From: Phoronis australis
Lineage: Eukaryota; Animalia; Phoronida
Length of the DNA stretch: 64,000 nt
Direction of reading: 5' to 3'
Assembly (NCBI GenBank): GCA_002633005.1
Contig: NMRA01000103.1
Coordinates: 403,612-467,611 of the forward strand
The position numbers were made by a program, and so were the translations under genes. Under the pieces are notes generated by a model that ran no database searches, had not been told where the DNA came from, and saw nothing but the letters and a program-made list of their open reading frames with translations. Positions within the stretch are counted from its first letter, which is position 1; every line of letters begins with the position of its first letter. Below are positions 12,647-24,579 of the stretch, piece after piece.

Positions 12647-15600
12647 GAATGATTCCAAATAAAAACCATATGAAAATGAAAAATCACTATATACTCAAAA
12701 ATTCATACAGAGCTAATATTTTGTGCATGTGTTGGGATGCTGGCCCAAAGTACACTGCTGCAATATTTGCACTCAATGACCTTTGGTTACCGAGATATGA
12801 CCTATTTGGCTATAATGGCATATTTTGCATTTTTTCATGTCAGTAAAACTGCATTTTTGAACGGCAAAAAATCAGACTTGGAAAACTGGTGACAAAGTTT
12901 GACATTGATGGTCATAAAGACTCATGTAAGGTTAGTAAGAAAATGAAATTTGCAACTCATAGGTACAATTAAATTTCCAGCAGGGGAGAAAACTCCGAGA
13001 CCACTTTTCAGGCCAGTCACAAGTGGCAAGATGTTGCTCGACCTGCCTGCTATATCGGAATATATTTGAAGTTGAAATTCTCTTTGTAGACACTTCTAAG
13101 ATTGAACGTTGATAATTGCTTTTAAAAAACTTGTCTCTTGCATACTTAGTGCTAAACGTGGCCCTAGAATTTGGGAATTTTGGTGATGTGGTCTTACTCA
13201 GAAAGTCTGACTGACAAGAGAATTGAGGCTACTCTTTTAGTTCAGAGATATCACCTAAAATATATGATCTAGTATCAACAATGCAATATCACAAAAATTT
13301 AAGTTTCACTTTTGAGTCCCAAATTTTGTGAAACACTCCATGCTTTGTTTAACTTTACCAATAGCACTTTAGGGTTCGAGATTACATGGACTTCCTATCA
13401 CTGCAAAGAATATGGAGGAATTTCCTTCTTGTACATTTGGTCAATTTTCGTTACAAAAGTGTGATAGCGGAGAAAATGTGGCCTTCATTAGCTGTGTTAA
13501 AGACGTCAGAAGTCATCTGAGGTCGTGCAAAGTGCCACAGAAGTTTGAAAGTATATCGGAATTACAGTTGATTCTTACCAGAGCTCGAGAGTTTGATGCT
13601 GTGAGAGAGGAGGCTGGACTGGCAAACCAATGGAAATGCGCCGTTATATGTTTTACACATCGACATGAGTTTGGACTTGGCTTTAGACAAAAATTGACGT
13701 GCTGTTATCCAGAACTCACAGCTAGAACGAAGCGAAAGATTGAACGGGGCGTTGACTTTCGCATGTCGCAATGGATTTTTCGCCAGTTTGATTTGTTAGT
13801 CACTGTTGTAGGCAATTACATCGCCGTGGATGCCGCAGGCATACATGTACAGGGGCGATAGTACATCCCCACAAATAGTTACTCATTTCAAAATACAGGT
13901 AATAAAATCAAATGAAACATACATATATGCACATGGAGTTATAAACAACTCATACCATAAGTCTGGAAACGATTCAGTCAAGATAATTTGAACAAATCGA
14001 TGAAAATCTGTCGCAGTTTGCTCGAGTCTCTCTTACCGGGTGACATTTTGACGAAGTTACGTGAAATCACGCATGTTGACGAATAAAAAGTCCAAGGGAC
14101 ACAAATTTTACAAATTTCACCTGATACCTTCTCAGGCTATTTACAAGTGTCATGCGCTTCGCTCAGTCTTGTTCTAGCCTTTGCCTAACTCACGTGACTC
14201 AGTTGACATACTTTGTGGTTATGGCGCGCGGTGAAAAAGTTAACGGCAACCAAAAAGTGGAGTTGGAATTCTTCGCCAAAGTCAACTTAATTCACACAAC
14301 TAAGCTTCATTGAAGATATGTATAGAAGTAGGACCAATGATGAAAGTAAGCGCTTTTTTAAATGACAGTTTTAAGTGTGGAATGTATTTTGGACGAGGTG
14401 AAAACTCAAAATCGGTGGCCGGATTTGGTCTACCTCCCGTTTAAAATACATTCAGGACTAACGAAAGCGAATGGAAGTATTGTAGCCCTAAATGGCCAAC
14501 CGAGGGGCTACGTGTTGCATATCCCTGTTGGTGCAGGTAAGATATTAGTAGCAATTGCTAAAAAGTTACTTCATATTTATCACAAATGTTGGCCTGGGTC
14601 ACTGACAGGTCATGACTTCAGTTCAGAATATTGTATTAGCTCTCCTGACAACTTTCGACTTACTGACTGCCCAGGAGCACAAACCTGATAGGCCTATCCG
14701 GTTAGCGGGTTAGGATGGGCTGCATGACTGATTCTAAAGGTATTGAAAGTACTGAGATTTTTAAAGGAGTGATTAACTAGTTTTGAGAAATGTCTATGTT
14801 AGACATGTGTACTGAGCAAAATAAATGGACTTTGTGTTTCAGTAGCTCTTGTTTTCTTCAAACAAAATGCAGTTTTTGAAGTGTTGTGTGGAAATGCATC
14901 ATACACTAAACCTAGCATACCTTCAAGAAACTGTGGTTTTGAGTCCGCCGCATAAACAGAATTTACATATTGTGAAACTTTTAGCTGGTAAGTCGCAACA
15001 ACACCCAATTGCTTAAATTCTAGTTTGGAAAGCCGGTAACTTGGATATCACTATGTTTTCAATCGTAAATATCCGTACCTCTTATTTTTCTGAAAGTACA
15101 AATTCCATTGGCGCACTGACACCATGCTTGGCCGCTTTTGTGTAGTACATGTATAAGAAGCATTGCGTGACCCCTTGTATATCCAATAACATGACACTTC
15201 TGCTCGAATCCACCGTCCTCTTTTCACTTGTGATCTCGAAGATTTTGATTAGTTTTAGTATAAACTTTGCTAATAGTTTGAGAGGACTTTTTCAAGCGCA
15301 TATACAGGGATTTGTTCAGGAGGTCTGAAAATGGACCAGCATGCACAGTAGGCAGTGCGTGGGATTCTTAGTCCATTACGGTGTTCGAAAACTGACCAAG
15401 CAAGTGGTAATGGGCACCCTTAATAAGAATAAAACCTGCTCCTCTGAAGTATGAGATGGTGATGGGGTTGTATTATTAACTCATCGGTACATTAAAATTT
15501 ACTATTTGAGCTCTGTAATCCTATAATAGATTTTTATTTTTGCACAACCAAAACTGAAAATTCACGAAGAAAAAATCTCTAATGCAGCTTCCCAATGATC

Positions 15601-16266
15601 TCCTTCGTCACTGATGTAGCAAAACGAATGATATTTGTTATATTTGGCATCTTGGTTGATAGATAATTGCACAATCAAGTAGCGCCTCCTAGAGTCTTTT
15701 AATCTAACTGACAGTCACAGATTGGCAGAAAAGTGTTTGAGTTATGTAAAAAACTGACTTCACAAAATCTATGAAAGAGACAAGATTTTTTATTCATGCA
15801 TTGGGCTGAACAAAGACAGCAGTAAGAGATGGAAGTTAACTCATGATCCAAAAGAATCCGATATAGATTTGGGAGAGTAATAAAAATGCGTAAAAATGGC
15901 CTTAATAATAAGGAGTGAAAATGATATTTTTGGAGGCTAAAATGGGAGGACATAAAAAATCAATAAATCCATCCGATCTAGTTTTTCTTGTATGTTATTC
16001 TTTCTTCTTTCTGCTATATAGTTATTTTTTCTATAGCGTCAAGCGATGATGTGCTGTTGCTGACAAAATTCACCTACTTCCCAGTACTTTCATTTGCTAT
16101 TTTTCAGAAAAAGTACAAAGTGGTCGTAAAAAAGGGTTAAAAAACTTAGAAACTCTTAAAAATCAGGCTCATGTTTCTTTTGACAAGGCCAGCTGATGTG
16201 CTAAGTTTAAAAAAATGGTGATTATGCATATATAGCCCAACATCTGTTTTTTATATGGAATTGTTC
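12647..16266 (+). mobile_element. ~3.6-kb internally deleted DNA transposon flanked by TTAA, with imperfect 26-bp TIRs (Sola3/Kolobok-like target site)
   Basis: Left end TTAA-GAATGATTCCAAATAAAAACCATATG. Right end reverse complement TTAA-GAACAATTCCATATAAAAAACAGATG. Contains a transposase-like fragment. Confidence 0.55.
13412..13861 (+). pseudogene. Truncated Cys/His-rich N-terminus of a transposon-encoded protein (recalled as Sola3-type; tentative)
   Basis: Motif ICxxHRxxxGxxFR..CxYP..RGV...S..I.....LLVxVG resembles repetitive marine-invertebrate transposon ORF N-termini (from memory, not searched). No DDE core follows. Confidence 0.45.
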
Positions 16267-17529
16267 TTAATTTTAGCACTTGCACGAATTACGCTGTGTT
16301 TCAAACGCAACGAATGTCTCGTCAGTTTTCGCGTAATCACTCGTTCTCACGTCTTTTCTTCTTTCTTTGATGTAAATGTGATTGTGTCATATGCATAAGC
16401 GTACTCGTTAAGTGGTACGATCTTCCGAGTACAAGAGAGTGGAGTTGCCGTATGGTCGTTGGATGAGCATCTAGTCTAGGCAACCAAAGATAAGGAAATT
16501 AGAATTAAAAATTGAGCTGTTGTTTACTCAGGATAAAACTTGTTCGTTCGCACAACTTGTCTCTCATAGGGTCCTGATAAAAAGGGAAAGGGATTTTTAA
16601 AAATCCTGTTCAAAGGATAGTATAAAATGAAGCAATTATGTACAATTAAAACGTTAATAAATTTAACACAAACGAGTTCTTGAATATACAATTAAAAATA
16701 TTGAAATTATAAATATCACCCCGGTACCTGGACTTGAAAATGTTATAAAACTACTTTGACTGACGCGAAAATCGAGACTGTTTCATAGCCAGTCACCGGA
16801 GTGGAAAAAGGATTGTTTACAAGGATTAGTTCTGCTTTTATGTATGTAAATGTTGCCACTGTCACTAGACCTAGCATTTCTATTGTGAACTTGATTTGCT
16901 ATGATTTGTCACAAAAATGCTCAGTGGCCATGCCATGGAAATGCGTACGGTAATCTCTACGCACATTCGATTTGATCCAGCCCAAAGTGGAGTGCATAAA
17001 GTCGATACTTGTATATTTATTGGCCTGCAGTTTGTGTAGCAGAGGTTTGTGACTTTTTGTTCCATTGTTACAAGAGGTCCATACAACCTCACAATATTCT
17101 AAACATGGCAAAACTAAGGCGACGTGCAATAGATTTAAACAGTTAGGATCCAATATTATTTTAATCTTTTGAGATGTTAAGAGCAAATGAAATCTACAAA
17201 TCCCCGGTAATATGACTATAAAGTAAAACACCTACATGTACAGTAAGTATTTTATATTACACACTTTAAACCAATTAAGTGCGTAACATCAAAAAACACG
17301 TTATATAAAAATGTGCCCCTGTGCATTCCTTGGAATATTATCTACTATTTTCTATAGGAAGATTACCAACTGCTGTGTGAGAGCTCTCGGGACACAGGAG
17401 GGTGCCTTGAAAAAAGTTGCATTTCAATCTGTAATTCATAGTCAAGAGGGGCATGCAATCAATTACCTGATACTTTAAGAGTACAGTCTAATGGCTTGTG
17501 CTATGTTTTGGTTATAGGTGCTCTTGACA

Positions 17530-19039
17530 ATGTCAACATTGATTGAGGAAAAAACAGTCCGAAATATGACGCTCACCGAGGAGAAGTTCCGTTATGATGT
17601 TGTAGGCGACCTTATGCGATTCGCACGTTGCATCCCACGCGTTGACGCGGTGCGCGCCACTTCGAAAATGGCGCAGATTTGTCAACTAACGGGTTCTAAC
17701 AGTGTTATGCAGGCTCGAATTCAATGCCAGGAATCTCAACGTCTGTCGTCAGAATCGAACTCTGTACTTTCATTTGGAAGTTACTTCGAGAACCTGAGCG
17801 ACGACAAGAAAGTTAGCGATCTCAATATGTCGCCACCACTGGCTACTGCCGAATTATGTAAAATTGCAGACATAACGTGTCCTTCCAGAGCCGAGTCTTG
17901 TCAGCCACATGACACGAAATCTTTAAGCAGGGAAAATATTGAAAACTCTGTGAGCACTAGAAAGCATGATGTTCCCACTGGAACCAGCGCAATCGACGTT
18001 GACAATTTTTCAAAAAAGACGCCCCAAAAGCATAGCAGGAAACGTTCAAGAAAATCCATTAGTAGAAAGCCTAAAATGAAATCTTCTTTCGCGCAAGCAA
18101 ACACCAATTTGGCATCGATCCAGTTCACCGATTGTGGGACCCAATTAGACGCTAAATTTCGAGGGTTTGCACTCAAACATGTACCTTCCTACAGTGAAGA
18201 AGACGGGAATAATCAGACATTCACGATAACGTCTAGCAAACCAATGACTGAAACAGTACGTTTCCAACCAAGACAAGTACAAGACAGAATGAAAACAAAC
18301 TCGCCAACCTCAACCAAAATGTGTAGTTCCCATGAGGAGTCCGCGGTCATGTCAGGATCAAAAGGCTCCTTGAAATTCCCATGTTGGAACGAAGGACGAG
18401 CCTCACTGATGTTGAGGAGAACGCAATCAAACAAGTCGTTTATTAAAGCGCCTGATGACAAACCTGATTCCACTGAGCTCCAAAGCACGCAATCAACACA
18501 AAGTCACATTCTCTTGAACAGGAAAATGCCTCTGCTTAACCGATGCCGCTGTTCGGCAATTGTTAATGAAATTTCGGTCGCGACGGCGGCGGACACCCAA
18601 CCACACATTTTGAAGAAAGATACCCTCGACAACCTTTGCTGCCATGATGATGAAGCCCGTCCTTGTTCCAGAAATTTGATTCTTGACCTGAGAAGAGTCC
18701 TGTCGAAACTCAGTCTCAAGAAAGATGCTGGGCCAGGCAAGAGGCGTTTGGCTCGGAAGGTGACCACCAATCCGCGGCCCATAGGTATTCAAAAACAAAC
18801 GCCAATGATTACCAAAACTCACTCGACGTGGGTACGCACAAAAAGTGCGGAGCCCCACCGTCGCCTGTCGGGACAGGGAGCGTGCGAAGGTGCAGGCGGA
18901 AGTTCCGATGCTGATGTCGTTAATGATGTTATGAAAGGTCTTATGACGAATGAAATTAATTCAGACGAAGATTGCAGCGATAACGTCAAACAAAACTTTT
19001 TGACTTCGTCGAAAAAAACGCACCAAAACCCTGAATATG
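17530..19039 (+). CDS. SH3-domain protein, coding exon 1 (large Ser/Lys/Thr-rich low-complexity region)
   Basis: 509-codon open frame, acceptor ttatag at 17517, ATG at 17530, phase-1 donor G|GTGAGT at 19040. Confidence 0.8.
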
Positions 19040-19058
19040 GTGAGTAGTAGGGCGTACC

Positions 19059-19373
19059 TATGGAGCGCCAGAGGGTTCTCAAACGAGTACATTTCTATAC
19101 GTCGAAATGTGCTTAATGTACCCGTACTTTTGCTTAATCTACGCGTACTTTCAATACGTTCATTTAGAGCAATCACGCAGGTGCTCTCAAATTGATTAAG
19201 AGCAGAACGGTGATTGTTTAAGAACAAAAAATTCGTCAATCAAGCAAAATGCTCACAAATTAAAAGTACGCGTAGATTAAACAAACGCGCGTAAATTAAG
19301 CAAAAGCATCCGTAGATAAGCACATTTCAACGCGTAGAAATGTACTCCTTTAAGACCCCTTCGGCGCTTCGTA
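19059..19373. mobile_element. Foldback MITE with TAYGG-type termini and a near-6-bp TSD (IS3EU-like)
   Basis: Long imperfect inverted arms with TTTGCTTAATCTACGCGTACT subrepeats; flanks CGTACC/CGCACC. A related interrupted copy lies at ~51967-52530. Confidence 0.65.
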
Positions 19374-19552
19374 CGCACCGTTCATATTGTGTCTCTTAAG
19401 TAGTTTGTTTACGTATATGTAATTATTGTTGCCATCCATATTTTGATTTAGTTTGCGTCATGGAATGCTGTAATACATGAGCAACCTTCGTGTAAGAAAG
19501 TGTTCGGCCTGAGCACGTCGTGTAATTCACTCTAATTTCCGCTTGCTTGCAG

Positions 19553-19612
19553 ACAGCGGTAGCAACATGTTTCTGGACAATATCATTCAGGAGGTAGATT
19601 TTGTCAATTCAG
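19553..19612 (+). CDS. SH3-domain protein, exon 2 (DSGSNMFLDNIIQEVDFVNS)
   Basis: cttgcag acceptor, AG|GTAAGA donor, 60 nt, symmetric phase 1. Confidence 0.75.
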
Positions 19613-19747
19613 GTAAGAACTTTGACCGGAACTAAAAGTTATTGACTAATTACATTTGTGTGCCGAACTGTTCATATCTCCCAACTATATGAAATGTAGC
19701 TATTTTCAGTAAATGCACCATGTCACAGCAAGTGCCTTTCATTTTAG

Positions 19748-19852
19748 CCACCATCAAGAAGGCCAAGGTCAAGGGATCCAAGGACACGCTGGTGATTGCA
19801 ATCAGAGCTTATGACGCATTAAACAGAAGGTCTCATCTGTCATTTAAGGAAG
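19748..19852 (+). CDS. SH3-domain protein, exon 3 (N-terminal half of SH3: LVIAIRAYDALNRRSHLSFKEG)
   Basis: ttttag acceptor; SH3-type AxxxY...LSFKEG; ends at a GC donor AAG|GCGAGT. Confidence 0.75.
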
Positions 19853-20251
19853 GCGAGTTCTTGTTTTTATTATGTTGTTTCCCCAGAACTGGATTCAATC
19901 GCCCGCTTCTAGTCCTTTCCTATAACATTGCCAACACTGTGTTAGCGCCATGCCTTACCTGTTAATTAAAAAATAAAAAGACACACAAAACGTCACCATC
20001 ATACGTTTTCAGGGCATATGTCAACCGTATTTGCATTAAAAAATCGTGATTATCCCCCCCCCTTCATACGCGCACCCAGGGGGGGCTCGGGGGGCTCGAA
20101 GGAGCCCCCCATTTGGCGAAGTAGGCAAAAATATCTTCCTAGGAGAAATAAATTGTTCGGGAAAACGAGACAAAAGTCCACTAAAAAGGCATAGACGCAA
20201 AATTCACAGCTCCGAATGTGGTACCCCGTGTTTTTTTTTTTTTTTTTTTTT

Positions 20252-20495
20252 NNNNNNNNNNNNNNNNNNNNNNNNNNNNNNNNNNNNNNNNNNNNNNNNN
20301 NNNNNNNNNNNNNNNNNNNNNNNNNNNNNNNNNNNNNNNNNNNNNNNNNNNNNNNNNNNNNNNNNNNNNNNNNNNNNNNNNNNNNNNNNNNNNNNNNNNN
20401 NNNNNNNNNNNNNNNNNNNNNNNNNNNNNNNNNNNNNNNNNNNNNNNNNNNNNNNNNNNNNNNNNNNNNNNNNNNNNNNNNNNNNNNNNNNNNNN
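20252..20495. other. Assembly gap (N run) in the last intron of the SH3 gene
   Basis: Run of n preceded by poly-T. Confidence 0.99.
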
Positions 20496-20659
20496 CCTTT
20501 CTCTCGCTCTCCCTCCCCCCTCTCTGTGCACGACTTATCAGTTTTTAAATTGTACTGTGAGACTGATAGTTTGAGGAAAACAATTATCAAGTGTATCTTG
20601 CGAAAGCCGCATTTGCGATATAATCATTACTATACACTTAAAGTTACATTCTGTTTCAG

Positions 20660-20796
20660 GGCAAATCATTCACATGCTGAGGCCGGCTGACGAGTTTGGA
20701 TTGGCTTACGGATGGGCGAAGTCGGGAAAGCTCTTTTCCTTGAGGAAAAAAGGCTACTTCCCTATAGAATGTGTGAAAGAGATGCAAAGCCGATGA
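20660..20796 (+). CDS. SH3-domain protein, last exon (GQIIHML…KKGYFPIECVKEMQSR*)
   Basis: tttcag acceptor in phase 1; the GYFP..V motif completes the SH3 fold; TGA at 20794-20796. Confidence 0.78.
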
Positions 20797-20877
20797 TGAA
20801 GCCGTTAATGACAATTGGAATCTTACTACGTTTTTCTATACTAAGTCGCTTACGCTGGCAATGAAGTAGACTCCTAA

Positions 20878-21281
20878 GCCCGGTTGCATGAAACAGTCCC
20901 AAACAGGGACTCAACTAAGTTCCCTAAATCTTTTGAGTATTTGTGTCTGCTACAATCACTCATGTAACGTTTTCTATCATTTCGTTTCTATGGCGTTTTC
21001 TAATAATGTAACTAAAACCTGAGTCCTGAATTCAACCAAAATAAACAGGGACTTAGACCTTAACTTAGGGTCGTTGCATGAAAAGATGCCTATTTTTTTC
21101 GATAATATTGAGAATTCAACGTAGAGTTCACTCTCGATTTGTCTCAAAGCCAAAAGCTGACTTAATAGTCAATTTAAAACGGTATGAGGAAGGACAATAG
21201 GTGTCATCACAAGTCCACAAATACGCGGTAGATTTAGGAAACTTAGTTGAGTACCTATTTGGGATTGCTATGCAACGGGAC
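20878..21281. mobile_element. Harbinger-like MITE
   Basis: ~50-bp imperfect TIR: GCCCGGTTGCATGAAACAGTCCCAAACAGGGACTCAACTAAGTT vs its inverse at 21230-21281. Confidence 0.6.
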
Positions 21282-21289
21282 AGAGCCAG

Positions 21290-21705
21290 GGATCTAGGTC
21301 CGAGGTCTAATATTTTTTACTGGGGACTGAATTAGTTTTGGCATTTTCTATTTTACTTTTGTGCGAACTCAAGCTGAATGTCTGTCATCCTATGCTCGAG
21401 TACATAATGGCTTGTATAACTGCTCAGTCCTACTTTGCACTTAGTGGCCTCTTTATTGAGGCTGAACTCCAAATTTCGAGTTTTTGCTCGAAATGTCGAG
21501 ATTTTACTCAAGTTTTTGGCTCGAACCAAGGGGTCATCAAGTGAATTTTTTACTAGAAACTCATTCGCTTAAGCCACAATGTACTGGAGCACAGAATAAC
21601 CAGACACTTATCCTGAGGTCGGATGAAAGTAGAACGGAAAATGCCAACAAATAACAATTTCGAGTTCAATTTCGAGTAGAAGATTTTATGAAGACACCGG
21701 TCCTT
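21290..21705. mobile_element. Degenerate copy of the Harbinger-like MITE at 62186-62578
   Basis: Shared sequence TTGGCATTTTCTA..TTACTTTTG.GCGAACTCAAG…ATGCTCGAGTACA and the same right end (…GACCGG.CC). Confidence 0.6.
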
Positions 21706-23389
21706 AATCTCAATACTCACACTCACACTTGATACCGCATTAGCACAAATTTGCAAGTTTACTGGAGGCCTGGTCGTTTTCGAGTCGAGTTCTTAGCACG
21801 GATATTAGGCAAGGGCCCTTGAAAACTGCCGTTTCAAAATCATGTCGTAGCTCGGTGGTATTCGCGACATGTCATTCAGGGCTTCAGACATGTATAAGCC
21901 GTTGCATTTGTCCCACAGCACCGGTTGCGAAAAAAATGGTGGCGATGTGTTCGCGATGCTCCTGGTCCTGTTACGGCTGCGGATCAATGACATCACCGAG
22001 AACAAACGAGGGAAAGGGATTGTCATTGATGAAAACCTGTTAAGATCAGCCGAATGTACGTGTGATAAACAATTACGCGGAGAGTGAAAGCAAGTCACCT
22101 TCATAAACTTTCAGAAACATTTTCATCATGGTATCTAAATTTGATTGATCAATTAAGCGTGTGGACCATACGTCAGGTGATAGCCCACATGACTTCGGGA
22201 AACGCGATATCGTCAACAACTTGAGAAAGACTAGACTTCTAGTTGACGCAAAAAAAACAACTTCCAAATGCAGTAAAATTACTTGGAATTATTGTTTACC
22301 ACCATCATTTGTGCAATGAAAAGTTTGCCGAAGCATCGACTTGCCCTCGAGTATAAGAGTAAACCACGAAATAGCTTAAGCTCTTTAGCTTGTCAAGGCC
22401 CATTTTGATAGTGTAGCTCCGTATGCTAACAAGTTCAGAGAAACACAACGTGAAGAACCTGTTGTTGTAGCGCTCATTACGCAAAGGACAGTCCGCCATT
22501 TGGACTTAAAAATTAAACTTGTAGGATCGAATTTTGTCAGTTGGTCATGAAGGCCGGGTCGCTGAGATCTGAGCTTTAGACATATTGTATCTAAATCCTC
22601 CAGTGCCCACCGTGACAACAAAGTGCCTTGCCGGCTGCTCACGCTATCCATGAACAGGTCTTCATAATATGTAGCGTGACCAAGGGATATTACGAAATGA
22701 AATTTTATTGATTTGTTTATATAGAATAACTTAAAAACGATTCAAAGTCTGCAGATGGAGCAGAGTGCTGATAACTTCAGGCTCGCCCACAGCGTGAGTG
22801 AAGCAACAACACAAAGGTCTTTTAATTGGTTTCGTAGCTTTCTCAACTTTTTAAACGTCCTTCCTGTACGGCGCAGTCGTCTAGAAACCCTGGACTCACC
22901 ATACACATGACCGTGACGTGCTGAACATTCTTGATGTCGAACGTCTATCCGCTTCACGTCAGTGTTTCTGCACGCGATTGTCCATCAGTCTCCGGTCAGA
23001 GAGTTGACGTCTAAGCGGAATTGACTACTCTCCAAAATCGGGACCCATCGTTGGCTTGCGTCCAAGTTTTCCTCATATTTCACCAGGCTTACCTTATGAA
23101 CATGTACACAGGTAAATGACAGTCCCACTCCATCTGCCAAATCATAGACAATCATTACAGTGACGTAGCACATCACGTCATGATCAGGACATCCACTGGA
23201 CACTCGTGGTCATGTTTTGCAGAGGATGGGGTTTACATTGTGACTTGACAGAGAACATCTAGGCTTATGCCTCGTCCCAAAAGTAACCGGACGTTAAAGT
23301 TGCACAGAGATGGCATCGCTTTACTGCCGAGAGTTCAGCGTCAGATTCGACGAGAACTAGAGAATTATGACATATTGATGGCGCTTGCT

Positions 23390-24410
23390 ATTCGCCCTAG
23401 CCGCCTCAAAGTATTTTCATAAAATTTGGAATATATTCCATCTATCAGTTAGATGGCGCTATCCTCTCGTTTTCGGATAGATTTGACGTAGTTTGCGCCA
23501 CCTAGTGGCCATTTGTACTGCTTTCGAGTCTGTTTTTGGTGTCCACCGCTCTATCAACCAAACCACTCTAAGGGTGATTGGCATGTATGTTCTTCTTGCT
23601 ATGAAGAGGTTGGTTGACGACGGATTTTCCGACAACTTCGACTACTGTGGCGCGTCCTAGTGGCAGTGTTTTTTTGCGCTTATGGCTGTATCTCCTCTAC
23701 TCCCCGGCATATCTCCTAAACCGTTTGAAGGATCTTTAGTAAATTTAGCAAGGATTGTTGATAACGGACGACGACATTCGCTGGGATCGGACTACCGGTG
23801 CGGCCCGTATTGGCAATTTTAGTTTTCTACGTTTACCTCTGTATTTTCAAAGGTCCTCAACGGAGTTTTATACTGAGTAGGCATCTTTGTGGTGAGGTGA
23901 AGCTATCCTCTCATTTTCAGACGGATTCAAGGTATTTTACACCACCTAATGGCCTTTTTCACTGTTTTCGAGTGTTTTTTGGCGTCCACCCATCTATAAA
24001 CCAAACCATTCTAAGGATGATTTTTAAAATTGGCGTATACTGTTCTCAGTGTGAAGACGGCGGTTGACGATGACTTCGACTACTGTAGCGCCTCCTACTG
24101 GTGGTTTTGCTTTGTTTTGCGCCTATAGCTGAATCTCCTAAGCCCACTGCAGGATCTTTATTAAATTTAGTAAGTGTATTTATATGAAGCTAAAAAGATT
24201 GACGACTTTCAGGCGGACGCTGTGCCCCCTAGTGGTAATTTCATTTTCCCTTTGTTTCTGTGACGTTCCTTGACAGATTTTATAAAACTTTGAATTTAGT
24301 AAATAGCCTTTTACTGAAAAAGTGATGGCCATACAAATAAACAACTCTTGAAGCACACAGTTTGAGGTTCATTCGTGGGCACATTTCAACGCTCTGCGTT
24401 TGTCTTGTTT
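23390..24410 (+). mobile_element. 5'-truncated Helentron-associated (HINE/DINE-1-like) element
   Basis: Homologous to 46713-47761, with the same 3' subTIR GTGGGC.CAT plus hairpin CAACGC-TCT-GCGTT and internal tandem subrepeats. Confidence 0.75.
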
Positions 24411-24426
24411 GGTTTCCCGTCACGGC

Positions 24427-24579
24427 ATACGTATGTATGTATGTATGTAAGTAAATAACAATAAAACCGAACTGAGGAGCTAAAGACCTAACTCAAGGTC
24501 TAGCAATGTGGCCAGTGGGATTCGCACACACGACCTTGACTATAGAAAGCGGTCATTCATCCAACTAGGTCACACTGCC
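24427..24579 (-). mobile_element. Degenerate tRNA-derived SINE-like sequence
   Basis: A-box-like TGACCTAGTTGG, B-box-like GTGCGAATCCC and a (TACA)n tail on the - strand. A similar head lies at 43789-43860 on +. Confidence 0.4.

Noticed and set aside
20046-20690. ORFs spanning X runs
   Set aside because: Artefacts of the N-gap.
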